Source: an uncultured Clostridia bacterium (GTDB lineage Bacteria; Bacillota; Clostridia; Christensenellales; UBA1242). From it: 64,000 bases of DNA. Of the stretch, positions 26,101-35,935 are shown one piece after another. The stretch lies in NCBI GenBank assembly GCA_944377165.1, contig CALWEJ010000002.1, forward strand, positions 69,764-133,763. The letters run 5' to 3'. The position numbers were made by a program, and so were the translations under genes. How positions within the stretch are numbered: position 1 is the stretch's first letter; every line of letters begins with the position of its first letter. A model generated the notes under the pieces. The model was given only the letters and a program-made list of their open reading frames with translations. It searched no databases and was not told the DNA's origin.

Positions 26101-27492
26101 ATGGCATGTATACAGAAAAAGAAATTATTAGATGGAACAATATCTTATAGAGTTCAAGTAAAGGCTAAAAATCAAAGAACAGGAAAATTTGAGGCAAAAG
26201 CAATTACTTGGAAGAAACCGCTAGAACTTACAGAAACTCAAGCAAAGAAAGAACTACAAAGGATTGCACTAGAACTTGAAGAAAGATTTAATAAACAACT
26301 CAACGGGCTATTAGCAGTCGACAACGATATAACCTTTATAGACTATGCCGAAAGATGGCTAGAAAAGATTAAGAATACACGTTCACTTAACTACTATGTT
26401 AAGGGTCGAGATTGCTTGAAGAAATTCTATAAATACTTCGGAAACATAAAACTCAATCAAATAACACCAGTAATGGTGCAAGGTTTCCTAGATGATATGA
26501 TGATGAAAAGATACGAAAAGAAATCCGCTAGACTTACTGGTGACTTAAATCAATACTTAAAATCTCACTGCATCAAGCAAGTAGATGCTTTGAAAAAGAT
26601 TGGAATATCTAAATCAATACTAGCATCGGCAAATGCAGGATATTGCATACGAATAGAAAATGCAGAAAAGATATGTAATGCACTAGGCTTAAAGTATGAA
26701 GATTACTTTACAACAGAGGTGCAAAGTCGCGCCTATGCAAAAGAAACAATAATGAAACTAAAACGAACACTAGCAACAATACTCGCAGATGCAAAGCGAC
26801 AAAGATTGGTTGAGCACAACTTCGCATCTCGTGACTATATAGCACCAATACAAGGTTATAAAAAAGAAGTTAAGATACTTAACGATAAAGAAGCTAAGAT
26901 ATTAGCCAGCTACTTACACACAGAACCAAACCCTAGATGGAAGATTGCATTACTCACAGTATTATTTATGGGATTAAGGCGTGGTGAACTTGCAGGGCTA
27001 GAATGGAAAGATATTGACTACGAAAACAAAACAATGACCATAGCAAGATCGGTTCAAGATATTATAGGGTTTGGACTTATAACCAAAGAACCCAAAACTG
27101 AAAACTCAAAAAGAACAATCTCAATGCCAGACAAACTGATTGACTATTTGAAAGAATACGAAATATGGTGGCTAAATCAAAAGAAATATCTTGGAGATAG
27201 ACTTGGAAATACCGATAGATTATTCTGCACAGAAGATGGCACAGATATCTCACCAGGATTATTCAGAGTATGGCTACAAAAAACACTGGCAAAAGTCGAC
27301 CTGCCAAAAGTAACTCTCCACTCCCTAAGACACACAAACATAACCTTACAATTAGTAGCAGGAGTAGATATGAAAACAGTATCTGCCCGTGCAGGACACT
27401 CAAAAGCATCAACCACAAGCGACTTCTACAGTCACTTCATAAAGAACTCAGATATCCACGCAAGTGAAATACTAAATAAAATATTTGAATAA
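26101..27492 (+). CDS. int: tyrosine site-specific recombinase (phage-integrase family, Tn916-like size)
   Basis: 463 aa. Box I GLRRGELAGLEW, HSLRHT (H-x-x-R), GHSKASTTSDFYSH (catalytic Tyr). N-terminal arm-binding-type domain. RBS AAGGAG. Confidence 0.9.
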   Translation: MACIQKKKLLDGTISYRVQVKAKNQRTGKFEAKAITWKKPLELTETQAKKELQRIALELEERFNKQLNGLLAVDNDITFIDYAERWLEKIKNTRSLNYYVKGRDCLKKFYKYFGNIKLNQITPVMVQGFLDDMMMKRYEKKSARLTGDLNQYLKSHCIKQVDALKKIGISKSILASANAGYCIRIENAEKICNALGLKYEDYFTTEVQSRAYAKETIMKLKRTLATILADAKRQRLVEHNFASRDYIAPIQGYKKEVKILNDKEAKILASYLHTEPNPRWKIALLTVLFMGLRRGELAGLEWKDIDYENKTMTIARSVQDIIGFGLITKEPKTENSKRTISMPDKLIDYLKEYEIWWLNQKKYLGDRLGNTDRLFCTEDGTDISPGLFRVWLQKTLAKVDLPKVTLHSLRHTNITLQLVAGVDMKTVSARAGHSKASTTSDFYSHFIKNSDIHASEILNKIFE

Positions 27493-27498
27493 CAAAAA

Positions 27499-27532
27499 GA
27501 TTCCTAAGAGATGAAACTCTTAGGAGTCTTTT
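27499..27532. terminator. bidirectional hairpin between int and the STAND-like gene
   Basis: GATTCCTAAGAG (27499-27510) / CTCTTAGGAGTC (27517-27528), flanked by A- and T-runs. The right arm contains CTTAGGAG, identical to the island core repeat. Confidence 0.65.
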
Positions 27533-30500
27533 AATGTAGATTAAATTCGTCTAATAAAACTGCCGCTTCTGGAATTCTTAAATTTATTAAGATTTCTAAC
27601 ATTTTTTTGTAAGAATCTATTAACTTTTGGTTCTTTTTTATTAATCTATTTGTCTTTAAATATGCTGTGGTAATAATTTCAACAACTATAAATCTAAATT
27701 CAAAAACTAATTGTTTTAGCAAAACTGCATTTTTATTAAATAAACTTTCAATTATTACACTTAAGGAAATTAAAATATTTGGTACAAGTTTATCAATTTT
27801 AAACTGCTTAATTGTTATTAATACATCTTTAAAACAGAACTCTCCAAATTTTATAAATTGATTATTAATAAAATCAATATTTTCTTCTGTAAATTCTGTT
27901 TTACACTTTTCAAAACTAGACAACCATTTTGGCATTCCAAATATTAATGATTTGTACATACTCTGAGGAGTATTATTATTTCCAAGTATGTAGTCTTCTA
28001 TTTTTAAAATTATGTTTTGATATAACTTTCTTTCAGTTTGGTTATTATAGGAGTCAAAATAATTTAAAGATAATTGAGAAAAAATTTCATTGCAAAAATC
28101 AACAGCCTCATGATCAAAATTTACATTATTTAAATTATTAAACAACATATCAATAACAAAAGAATGTGCTTTTGCATCTATTATTTGTGTTTTTAAAAAA
28201 TCTTTCAAGTCACATACATTATAATATGAAACTACGTCTAACCAACCATGGTTGCTTTTGAGCATGTTGTTAAATAAACAATTTAAACATTGATTAACAA
28301 TCTCTCCTTGCTCATTATTTAATAAAGAAATATTACAGTGCACAATGCTTAACAAAAGAGAAATATCATAATTATTAATGTTAAAATCATTTAAAACGAG
28401 AGCTTCTTCTTTTATTAAATATTTTGTAATTATTTCGTCTTCTTTGCTTTCAAATTTATTTGCACCGTTTTTTTCTATTATATAATCAACTCTAGAAAGA
28501 TGAGGTGTTTCATTAGGAACAAAATCAATGAATTCATTTTGGGTATCTTGATAATATTTTAAGTTATAATACTGATGATTCATTTCATTTTCTGATAACT
28601 TAATAATGGTATTATATAAAGCTTTAGATAATGTTAAATTTTTTCCCAAATATAAATTTAGGATTCTTTTAAATTGAGAAATAGTGCCATCTTGACCATC
28701 AAAAATTATTATATTTAACATTAATAATTTGATTCTTTTTTTCATTTTTGCTGAAATATTTTCGTTCACTTGAGAAAATAAAATTATAATAGGATGCAAA
28801 TCATTTATGATAAATCCTTTATTGTTTAAAAACCCTTCAAATCCAGAAAGTAAGTAATTACAATATTTTTCACGATGATAACTGTCCAATTCTTTATTGG
28901 TTAATATTGATCCTAAAACAACAATTATTGCATCGTCAAATTGTCTCACAATACATTTATTTGAATTTCTTAAAATATTATTTATTAACTTTAAGTCTTT
29001 ATCAAAATCAAAGGTTTGTTCTTTAATTTTCATTAAGCATGCTGAAATTTCTTTATTAATCAAAACATCATATTTGTTAATCTTTTTTGAATGATTTTGA
29101 ATTTCTTTTGCCTCACCAGTTATATTTGCTTCTAAAACTTCTATTCCTGGTGCAAAATTTCTTTTCTTATAAGTTCTGACATCCATTTTCTGAATTTGTA
29201 ATAAATTATTTGGATCTCCATTCTGATTTTTTTTATACAAATAATCTATAATTTTATAGCATTTTTTAACTATAGAATCATCAGATAATAGCTGGCAATT
29301 AGCCATATAATCAACTAACAAAGATGTGTTTTTGTGTTCATATCTATCTTTTATATAAGGAAGTCCTATTTTTAAACACATTTGCTTTATTAAGATTTCT
29401 TTTGTAGGATTTTTTGCCACTAAACTATATCTGGTATAATCCAATAAAACAAAATCAATATTTGTTACCAAATCCAAAGCGTAGCCTGGTAATTCTTTTG
29501 AACACGATAGTCCTATTTCTTCTATGATAGAAAGCAGAAAGATGTTGTTTGTTTTTTCATAAATGGTATTTTTTATAAAATTTGCAAAATTTCTTCTCTT
29601 GTTTATATCAATATTTATGTTTTTAATTTGATCAATACAATAATCTTTCAAAATATACAACAAATCACCAACAAGCATTGGATTGTTATAAGTTTGTGAT
29701 GTTGCCATCCACATTTCTGGCAGTCCCCAATATGTTTTTGTTTTATCAGAATCTACAAATACCACCTCATATTCTAATAAAGGATTCTCTAAGTCAGAGT
29801 ATCTTGAAACGATTTTGTTGACAATCTCTATTGTCCAGTTCAAGCCTTTAATAAAGTTAAAATTAAACATATTATTAAAGAAATTATTATTGTATAAAGA
29901 TTCATTAGAACTATGTTCATATGATTCTGCATTGTGGCTTAGATTATAACTTTTGATTAGTCCTTTCTTTTCTTCTCTGCAAAATACTGGTATTTTTGAA
30001 TAGTCAACAAATTTATCTTCAAACCAATAAAGTTCTAACAATTCACATAATGGTTCTAATAAATATATTGACAACATAAAATTATCCGCTTTGATTGTAT
30101 TTTCTATAATCGTTTTTGCAAAGTCTGATAAATCCTCATCCGGTTCTTTATACCATTTATTCAGTTTCTTCCAAAATAAAATTATCCAATCCTTTGCGAC
30201 TTTTGAATATTTATAGAGAATATTTAAATGATCTAATATTAAAGATTTTAAATGATAATCATTTGATTTTATAAAATCGTCAATTTCAGCTTCTAAATAA
30301 TATTCTAATATACTGCAAGCATCATTTAAATAGCAATCTGAGATTTCATTTTGAATTGTTAGATGATTGCACATCATTAATAGATCTTCTTTGTATTGAG
30401 TATCTTTATAAATCTCTTTTTCATTGCAAATATGTATAATAGCAGAACGTGCTTGTCCGCTTGGGGATAATAACATATGATTGGTAAATCCATTTAGTTT

Positions 30501-32264
30501 TGTTATGTTAAAAGCATATAAGTTAGTCAGTTCTATTAATTCTTTTAAAATTCCACATTCTATAATATCTTCAGAATAGTTTATAATTAAACTAAGACAA
30601 TAATCAGACTTTATAATTCCTATCAATGTCTCTTTTTTTAATGCATTCGGAGTGGTATCAGAAAAAATAATATTATGTAAAATATTGTAGCCAGAGGCTT
30701 GGTTAAAAAGTTTGTTTGAAATCCATATTTGGTATCTTCGATATGCACAGTTTCCATATTGAAGAATAGCGTTGTAGAAATTTAAATAATTGTTTTTGCA
30801 ATCATCAAAAGACTTATCAAAAAGATGTTCAAAACATATATCTTCATAAATATCATATTTTAATCTTATCTTATCATCATCAATGCAACAAAGCACATCT
30901 TCTGAAATTAGAGCATTTATAATGTCACTATCATAGTCTTCTTTATGGACACCAATTAAAAATCGCATTGATCTAGTAGTAGTTATTTTAACGACAGTGG
31001 ATAATATTTCATTGTATTTTAAATCATATTTTTTGCAAACATCTTTTAGACAAATAACATTTTCCCAAATAAACTTTCTTAAAACATGTTCATTCTCAAA
31101 ATTTGATGAGATATTACATTTAGTTATTATTAAATTAAGGTAAAATGGAGATTTGAAAAACTCGCTATATTCAAAGTTTGATGACAACTTAGAAATAATC
31201 GGGTATTTATTTTTTATTTTTGAAAATTCATCTGTATCAATATTTCCAATACTATAATAATCCATGTATTTTGACAATGTAAGCAATATTCCGTTATCAG
31301 TATTTCTGCAAGATGTTATTATATTAATATTTTTAAAATCATTTGTTAACCAATAAAGTTCTTCCAATAATTCTAATTTTGAGTTTTTATCAGATATAGA
31401 CTCTATAGAATCTATAAAAAAAATAATTTTTTTGCTTTTTGTATATTTAATTAAATCCTTAATATTAATATCCCATATATTATTCAAATGGTTTGCTTGC
31501 AAAAAACTTTCGGCTCTTGCATATAATAAAACATTTTCATTTTCAACTAGATTTTTGCAAAGAGCCGATTTACCACAACCAGCTGGTCCTATTATGCAGA
31601 TATTGTTTTTGTTTAAAGCTTTAATATTTTCTATATCTTTAGTTCTGTCTATATGATATTCTCCGTTTATAGTATCCACTATTTTAGGAAGATAAAAATT
31701 TTTACTACGATCAGATATATGTTTAAGCTTCTCTTGTGTTCTTTCGATTTTCTCTGTCTCATCATGTAAAAGATTGTATAAAGAAGTTTTAAACAATCTA
31801 TCGTTTTTTGCTCTTTCAATTATTTTTGTTATTGTTATTAGATTTTTAGATTTTCTAAACGATATATTTCCAATTTTATTTTTACCTATATAATCTTTTA
31901 TTTTTTCTTCATTTGGTGTTAAAGCAAAAAATATTATTTCAGGAATATCTTTGTATTTGTTCGATTTTGAGTCTCTAATCTTTATAAGAGTATTGTGTAT
32001 TTTTTCATTTAAATCAGACTGAGAAGTAACTTGTACATATAAATTAGAATCTTTCGAAATTAAGTCTATATATGGAAATGTAAATGTTCCAGCATTTAAA
32101 TTCTCAAATTCTACGCCATACCATAATTTACAAATCTCTTTTGCAAACAACTCATATAATACCGCATTATTAAACAACCCAGCTTTGTTTGCTGTTTTTA
32201 TTTTTGCAACATATGAAGATAAATATTCAATAATATAATCAATTTCTCTCTCTGCTTTTGTCAT
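27531..32264 (-). CDS. giant P-loop NTPase, STAND/Avs-like architecture (N-terminal module, NTPase, ~1200-aa helical C-terminal region)
   Basis: ATG at 32264 after GGGAGA (the track TTG at 32282 lies in the leader). Walker A IIGPAGCGKS (31566-31589), Walker B-like KIIFFIDSIES. N-terminal FPYIDLISKDSNLYVQVTSQ module. Long Leu/Ile/Asn-rich helical remainder. Confidence 0.65.
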   Translation of the reverse strand: MTKAEREIDYIIEYLSSYVAKIKTANKAGLFNNAVLYELFAKEICKLWYGVEFENLNAGTFTFPYIDLISKDSNLYVQVTSQSDLNEKIHNTLIKIRDSKSNKYKDIPEIIFFALTPNEEKIKDYIGKNKIGNISFRKSKNLITITKIIERAKNDRLFKTSLYNLLHDETEKIERTQEKLKHISDRSKNFYLPKIVDTINGEYHIDRTKDIENIKALNKNNICIIGPAGCGKSALCKNLVENENVLLYARAESFLQANHLNNIWDINIKDLIKYTKSKKIIFFIDSIESISDKNSKLELLEELYWLTNDFKNINIITSCRNTDNGILLTLSKYMDYYSIGNIDTDEFSKIKNKYPIISKLSSNFEYSEFFKSPFYLNLIITKCNISSNFENEHVLRKFIWENVICLKDVCKKYDLKYNEILSTVVKITTTRSMRFLIGVHKEDYDSDIINALISEDVLCCIDDDKIRLKYDIYEDICFEHLFDKSFDDCKNNYLNFYNAILQYGNCAYRRYQIWISNKLFNQASGYNILHNIIFSDTTPNALKKETLIGIIKSDYCLSLIINYSEDIIECGILKELIELTNLYAFNITKLNGFTNHMLLSPSGQARSAIIHICNEKEIYKDTQYKEDLLMMCNHLTIQNEISDCYLNDACSILEYYLEAEIDDFIKSNDYHLKSLILDHLNILYKYSKVAKDWIILFWKKLNKWYKEPDEDLSDFAKTIIENTIKADNFMLSIYLLEPLCELLELYWFEDKFVDYSKIPVFCREEKKGLIKSYNLSHNAESYEHSSNESLYNNNFFNNMFNFNFIKGLNWTIEIVNKIVSRYSDLENPLLEYEVVFVDSDKTKTYWGLPEMWMATSQTYNNPMLVGDLLYILKDYCIDQIKNINIDINKRRNFANFIKNTIYEKTNNIFLLSIIEEIGLSCSKELPGYALDLVTNIDFVLLDYTRYSLVAKNPTKEILIKQMCLKIGLPYIKDRYEHKNTSLLVDYMANCQLLSDDSIVKKCYKIIDYLYKKNQNGDPNNLLQIQKMDVRTYKKRNFAPGIEVLEANITGEAKEIQNHSKKINKYDVLINKEISACLMKIKEQTFDFDKDLKLINNILRNSNKCIVRQFDDAIIVVLGSILTNKELDSYHREKYCNYLLSGFEGFLNNKGFIINDLHPIIILFSQVNENISAKMKKRIKLLMLNIIIFDGQDGTISQFKRILNLYLGKNLTLSKALYNTIIKLSENEMNHQYYNLKYYQDTQNEFIDFVPNETPHLSRVDYIIEKNGANKFESKEDEIITKYLIKEEALVLNDFNINNYDISLLLSIVHCNISLLNNEQGEIVNQCLNCLFNNMLKSNHGWLDVVSYYNVCDLKDFLKTQIIDAKAHSFVIDMLFNNLNNVNFDHEAVDFCNEIFSQLSLNYFDSYNNQTERKLYQNIILKIEDYILGNNNTPQSMYKSLIFGMPKWLSSFEKCKTEFTEENIDFINNQFIKFGEFCFKDVLITIKQFKIDKLVPNILISLSVIIESLFNKNAVLLKQLVFEFRFIVVEIITTAYLKTNRLIKKNQKLIDSYKKMLEILINLRIPEAAVLLDEFNLH

Positions 32265-32284
32265 ATAATTCTCCCATTGCAATC

Positions 32285-32313
32285 ATTATAGCACATTTTT
32301 ACAAGATTGTTAT
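32285..32313 (-). promoter_or_regulatory. candidate promoter of the STAND-like gene
   Basis: On the minus strand: extended -10 TGcTATAAT (plus-strand 32285-32293) and a weak -35 ATAACA at 32308-32313. The implied leader is short. Confidence 0.45.
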
Positions 32314-32320
32314 AAGTATA

Positions 32321-32348
32321 AATAAAAAAGACCAACTTTTTGGTCTTT
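32321..32348 (-). terminator. terminator downstream of the island-borne tRNA-Arg
   Basis: AAAGACCAA (32327-32335) / TTGGTCTTT (32340-32348), followed by a T-run on the minus strand. Confidence 0.7.
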
Positions 32349-32353
32349 AAAAT

Positions 32354-32430
<77 letters not shown>

Positions 32431-32450
32431 ATATTAAGTTTTTTAGTGGT

Positions 32451-32470
32451 TTTGGTGCACTTTGGGTGCA
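32451..32470 (+). promoter_or_regulatory. right-end copies of the TTTGG(G)TGCA repeat (candidate arm-type sites and/or tRNA promoter -35)
   Basis: TTTGGTGCAC at 32451-32460 and TTTGGGTGCA at 32461-32470, matching 14813-14853. On the minus strand GTGCACC lies 17 nt upstream of TAATAT, ahead of the island tRNA. Confidence 0.45.
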
Positions 32471-32555
32471 AATCGTAATTGTGCGTGTTTTGAGTAGTTG
32501 TTAAATGTCCGTGTTTTAGGGATATGTAGCAGTTTTATTTTAGTACAAGTCGGTA

Positions 32556-32595
32556 CTTAGGAGGGAACCGTAATATCCTGTTTTACTACGAGATC
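32556..32595 (-). pseudogene. 5' half of the disrupted host tRNA-Arg(CCT), right junction of the island
   Basis: Minus strand reads GATCTCG-TA-GTAA-AACAGGATA-TTAC-G-GTTCC-CTCCTAAG. It pairs perfectly in register with the orphan 3' half at 14626-14661. Confidence 0.85.
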
Positions 32596-32851
32596 ATATA
32601 AATTATTTTTTAACAAGTATATATTGTGTTTGTTAATACATTTTGCACTTAAATTTATTTTGATTAGCTTAAAAGCAAAGAGAAAATAAAGTCTATTATA
32701 TACTAACAAGGCAATTAATTATTGCTAATCAATATAAACCTTTGTTAGTATATCATATATTTGTTTTAAATGCAAGAGTTTGAGTTTTTTGTTAAATTGA
32801 ATTTTATTAATTTTGTATTTTATTTTTAAAAGAAATATAAATTAAAGGAAT

Positions 32852-33778
32852 TTATTCACTATTTGATAGTGTAAGAGAAGATAATACTTCGTCTATTGCT
32901 TTTAAAGTTGTAAATTGTAATATTTTTAGTTTTGTGCTAGTAGAATTTGGAATAGACTTTACATACCACATTAAATGCTTCTTAAAATAAGCTACTAAAG
33001 TTCTTTCAGATTTAAAATATGTTTTTAATAACTCTAAGTGCTTCTTAATTGCCTGAATTTTAGTATATGGTGGAGTAGTGTTTTTTAATATAGAAAAAAT
33101 TTCAGGATTTCCCATACTTGCACGACCTATCATAACACCCACACAACCTATTGATTTTGCAAATTCTACGTCTTCTTTAGTCGTAATATCTCCGCTCCAT
33201 AAAACTGGAATATTGACCGATTGTACTAATTTTTTATATGCAGTTTTATCGACTTCACCTGAATAACCTTGTTCACGTGTACGTGCGTGTAGAGTTAGAA
33301 AGGATACTCCTTCTTCTTGGCACATTTTAGCGAATTCAAGGTAATTAATATTGTTGTCTATTCCTAGTCTAAATTTGACAGATACAGGTTTATTGGAATA
33401 TTTGACAAGAGTGGAAATTACTTTTCTTGTTTTTTCTATATCGCGCATCATTGCAGAGCCATCATTATTTTTTACGATTTTAGGCGCTGGACAACCGCAG
33501 TTAAGGTCAATAAAATCGAAGTGAGAAAATCTTTCATCTGATATTAATTGAGCGATTTCTGGGTCGTGAAAAAATACTTGACAACCACGTATTGCATTTG
33601 ATTCTTCACGCAACATTTTTTCTGTCAGTTTGCTATTGCGTTCAAATGCTTTTAGACTAATCATCTCAGTGACTACCATATCTGCGCCAAAATCGGCACA
33701 TATTTTTCTAAAAGCAAAATCTGTCACACCTGCCATAGGAGCAAGCGCAATTATAAAGTTCTTGAAATTTAAATCCAT
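32852..33778 (-). CDS. dus: tRNA-dihydrouridine synthase
   Basis: APMAGVTDFAFR, LNCGCPAPKIV (catalytic Cys), FLTLHARTR, 308 aa. Confidence 0.9.
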   Translation of the reverse strand: MDLNFKNFIIALAPMAGVTDFAFRKICADFGADMVVTEMISLKAFERNSKLTEKMLREESNAIRGCQVFFHDPEIAQLISDERFSHFDFIDLNCGCPAPKIVKNNDGSAMMRDIEKTRKVISTLVKYSNKPVSVKFRLGIDNNINYLEFAKMCQEEGVSFLTLHARTREQGYSGEVDKTAYKKLVQSVNIPVLWSGDITTKEDVEFAKSIGCVGVMIGRASMGNPEIFSILKNTTPPYTKIQAIKKHLELLKTYFKSERTLVAYFKKHLMWYVKSIPNSTSTKLKILQFTTLKAIDEVLSSLTLSNSE

Positions 33779-33952
33779 AAAATGATTATAATACTTTTTT
33801 CATAATTTTGAAAATAATTTGTATTATTTTAAAGATTTGTTTTTAAATTTACTTTTATAAAAAATTAATCACTAAATTAAAAATTTTTAATAATTTTTCA
33901 TAAAATTTTATTAATTTTCAATAATTTATTTAAATTTACAGAAAATAAAGTT

Positions 33953-35461
33953 ATGAAAAGAAATAATTTGATGACTGGCGCGCTAATAATGTCGGTGGGC
34001 GGAGTAATGGCAAAACTATTTAGCGCAATATACCGAATAGCAATAACACGAATTTTAGGCGGAGAAGGAATTGGCTTATATCAATTAGTCTTTCCTTTTT
34101 ATTCATTGTGCGTTGTGCTTGCGACTGCTGGGCTACCTATGGCAATATCAAAAGTTATAGCAAAAAACAAAAATAGTGAAAAGTCTGTGTTGAAAAAATG
34201 CTTATTATTTACAACATTGATTTCTTTAGTTTTAACCTTTATACTACTCATTTCAAGTAGAAGTATGGCTCACATTCAAGGGGTAGATGACATATCAATT
34301 TGTTATATGATTCTTGCGCCGAGCATTATAATTGTAAGTACATCGAGTGTGTTGCGTGGTTTTTTCCAAGGGAAAAGGAATTTCACACCTAGTGCTGTTT
34401 CTAATATAGTTGAACAATTCGTAAAACTTGTTGTAGGTTTAGTGCTAAGTTTGTCGTTAATTAGTCTTGGTATTTTACCTGCATTAATAGGCGCGTTTGT
34501 TAGTATAGTCTTTAGTGAAATAATTTCAATAATTGTACTTTTTGTTTACTATAAGCGCTACACACCAAAAGACGAAAGTGAAAAAGAATTGCCTATGAAT
34601 AATTTAATCAAAGATATCTTACCTATTGTATTTACTAATATGATTATGCCTATAGCTGTATTCATAGATAGTTTAATTGTAGTAAATTTGTTAGCAGTAA
34701 ATTTTACGCGCCCTATGTCAATCTTTATGTACGGGCTTGAAAGTGGAGCGGTATCCAGTTTAGCGACGCTACCTACAATATTTTCGTTCGCAATAGCGAG
34801 TGTAATTCTACCAAGCATAACAATGCGCTCAAGCAATTTTAACAAAAATCATCAGTTGAGTTTAGCGATAAAAATAATTTTAATTTTATCTATACCTTTC
34901 ACTTTGCTATTTGTCTTGATACCTGACAGATTAATTGAACTTTTATATTCAAATAGATTAAATGGATTGGGAGTTGAAGGGCTTAATATTAGTTGCAGAT
35001 TGCTAGCAATTTCTGGGATAGGAGTAGTTTTCTTAGCAATTAATCAAGCATATTCAAGTAGTTTGCAAGCAATAGAATTAAGGTATGTGACAATAAGAAA
35101 TTTGACTTTAGCGGTTATTGTGAAATTTATAATTGAAATGATATTTTTGCCGAGTGTACTCGTGAATATTTATGCACTTTCGATTGCAAACACTGCCTGC
35201 TATTTAACGGCGATGATTCTAAATCATCTTGAGATAAAGAACCATTTTAATCTAAGCATAAGTTCTAAATTTTATACAAAATTATTCTTTTCTAATCTAT
35301 TAATGACGTTGGCACTTATAACTGTTTTAGTATTTAATAATAGTTGGCAAAATACTATTTTAGCTTTGTCAGTTGCGGGTATTGTATATTTAGCAAGTTT
35401 ATTCTATACAAAGATATTTAGCGATAAAGACCGCGCGATGTTAAAATATAAATTAAAATAA
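33953..35461 (+). CDS. MOP-superfamily flippase, SpoVB/YabM/MurJ-like
   Basis: 502 aa, about 14 TM helices. The N-terminal RILGGEGIGLYQLVFPFYSLCVVLATAGLPMAISKVIAK is typical of SpoVB/YabM proteins. Confidence 0.8.
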   Translation: MKRNNLMTGALIMSVGGVMAKLFSAIYRIAITRILGGEGIGLYQLVFPFYSLCVVLATAGLPMAISKVIAKNKNSEKSVLKKCLLFTTLISLVLTFILLISSRSMAHIQGVDDISICYMILAPSIIIVSTSSVLRGFFQGKRNFTPSAVSNIVEQFVKLVVGLVLSLSLISLGILPALIGAFVSIVFSEIISIIVLFVYYKRYTPKDESEKELPMNNLIKDILPIVFTNMIMPIAVFIDSLIVVNLLAVNFTRPMSIFMYGLESGAVSSLATLPTIFSFAIASVILPSITMRSSNFNKNHQLSLAIKIILILSIPFTLLFVLIPDRLIELLYSNRLNGLGVEGLNISCRLLAISGIGVVFLAINQAYSSSLQAIELRYVTIRNLTLAVIVKFIIEMIFLPSVLVNIYALSIANTACYLTAMILNHLEIKNHFNLSISSKFYTKLFFSNLLMTLALITVLVFNNSWQNTILALSVAGIVYLASLFYTKIFSDKDRAMLKYKLK

Positions 35462-35509
35462 TACGAATAAATTTCAATCCGTTGGCAAAAATCAGAGCGG
35501 AGGGTAAAT

Positions 35510-35782
35510 ATGAATAAAAATGAGTTCGTAAATCAAGTATATTCAAAAACTGGATTAACAAAAAAAGATTGTAAATTATGTCTTGATGCAATTATTAATG
35601 TTATTAAGCAAGCATTGATAGAGGGTGATAGTGTGACACTATCTAATTTCGGAAGATTTAAGGTTAGTGAAATTAAATCAAAACAAATGTATAATTTTAA
35701 AACAAAATCTATGCATACCGTAGAAGCACGAAAATCTCCTTCTTTTAAGCCTAGTTTGAATTTAAAGCAGTGTATTAAATAA
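35510..35782 (+). CDS. hup: HU/IHF-family DNA-binding protein
   Basis: 90 aa. MNKNEFVNQV...GDSVTLSNFGRFKV...SPSFKPS. RBS GGAGGG. Confidence 0.85.
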   Translation: MNKNEFVNQVYSKTGLTKKDCKLCLDAIINVIKQALIEGDSVTLSNFGRFKVSEIKSKQMYNFKTKSMHTVEARKSPSFKPSLNLKQCIK

Positions 35783-35785
35783 TTA

Positions 35786-35818
35786 AAAAAGATAATATCG
35801 TTAAGGTATTATCTTTTT
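35786..35818 (+). terminator. rho-independent terminator after hup
   Basis: GATAATA (35791-35797) / TATTATC (35807-35813) followed by TTTTT. Confidence 0.7.
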
Positions 35819-35874
35819 AAGTTAAAATATAAGATTTTGTATATAATCGTATAGAAATAAATAAACATATAAAC

Positions 35875-35935
35875 TTATTAAATTATTAAATTATTAAATT
35901 ATTAAATTATTAAATTATTAAATTATTAAATTATT
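35875..35935. repeat. (AATTATTA)n octanucleotide microsatellite, about 7.5 copies
   Basis: Six perfect AATTATTA units at 35881-35928 plus partial units on each side. The tadA stop codon (35931-35933) lies in the last unit. Confidence 0.95.
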
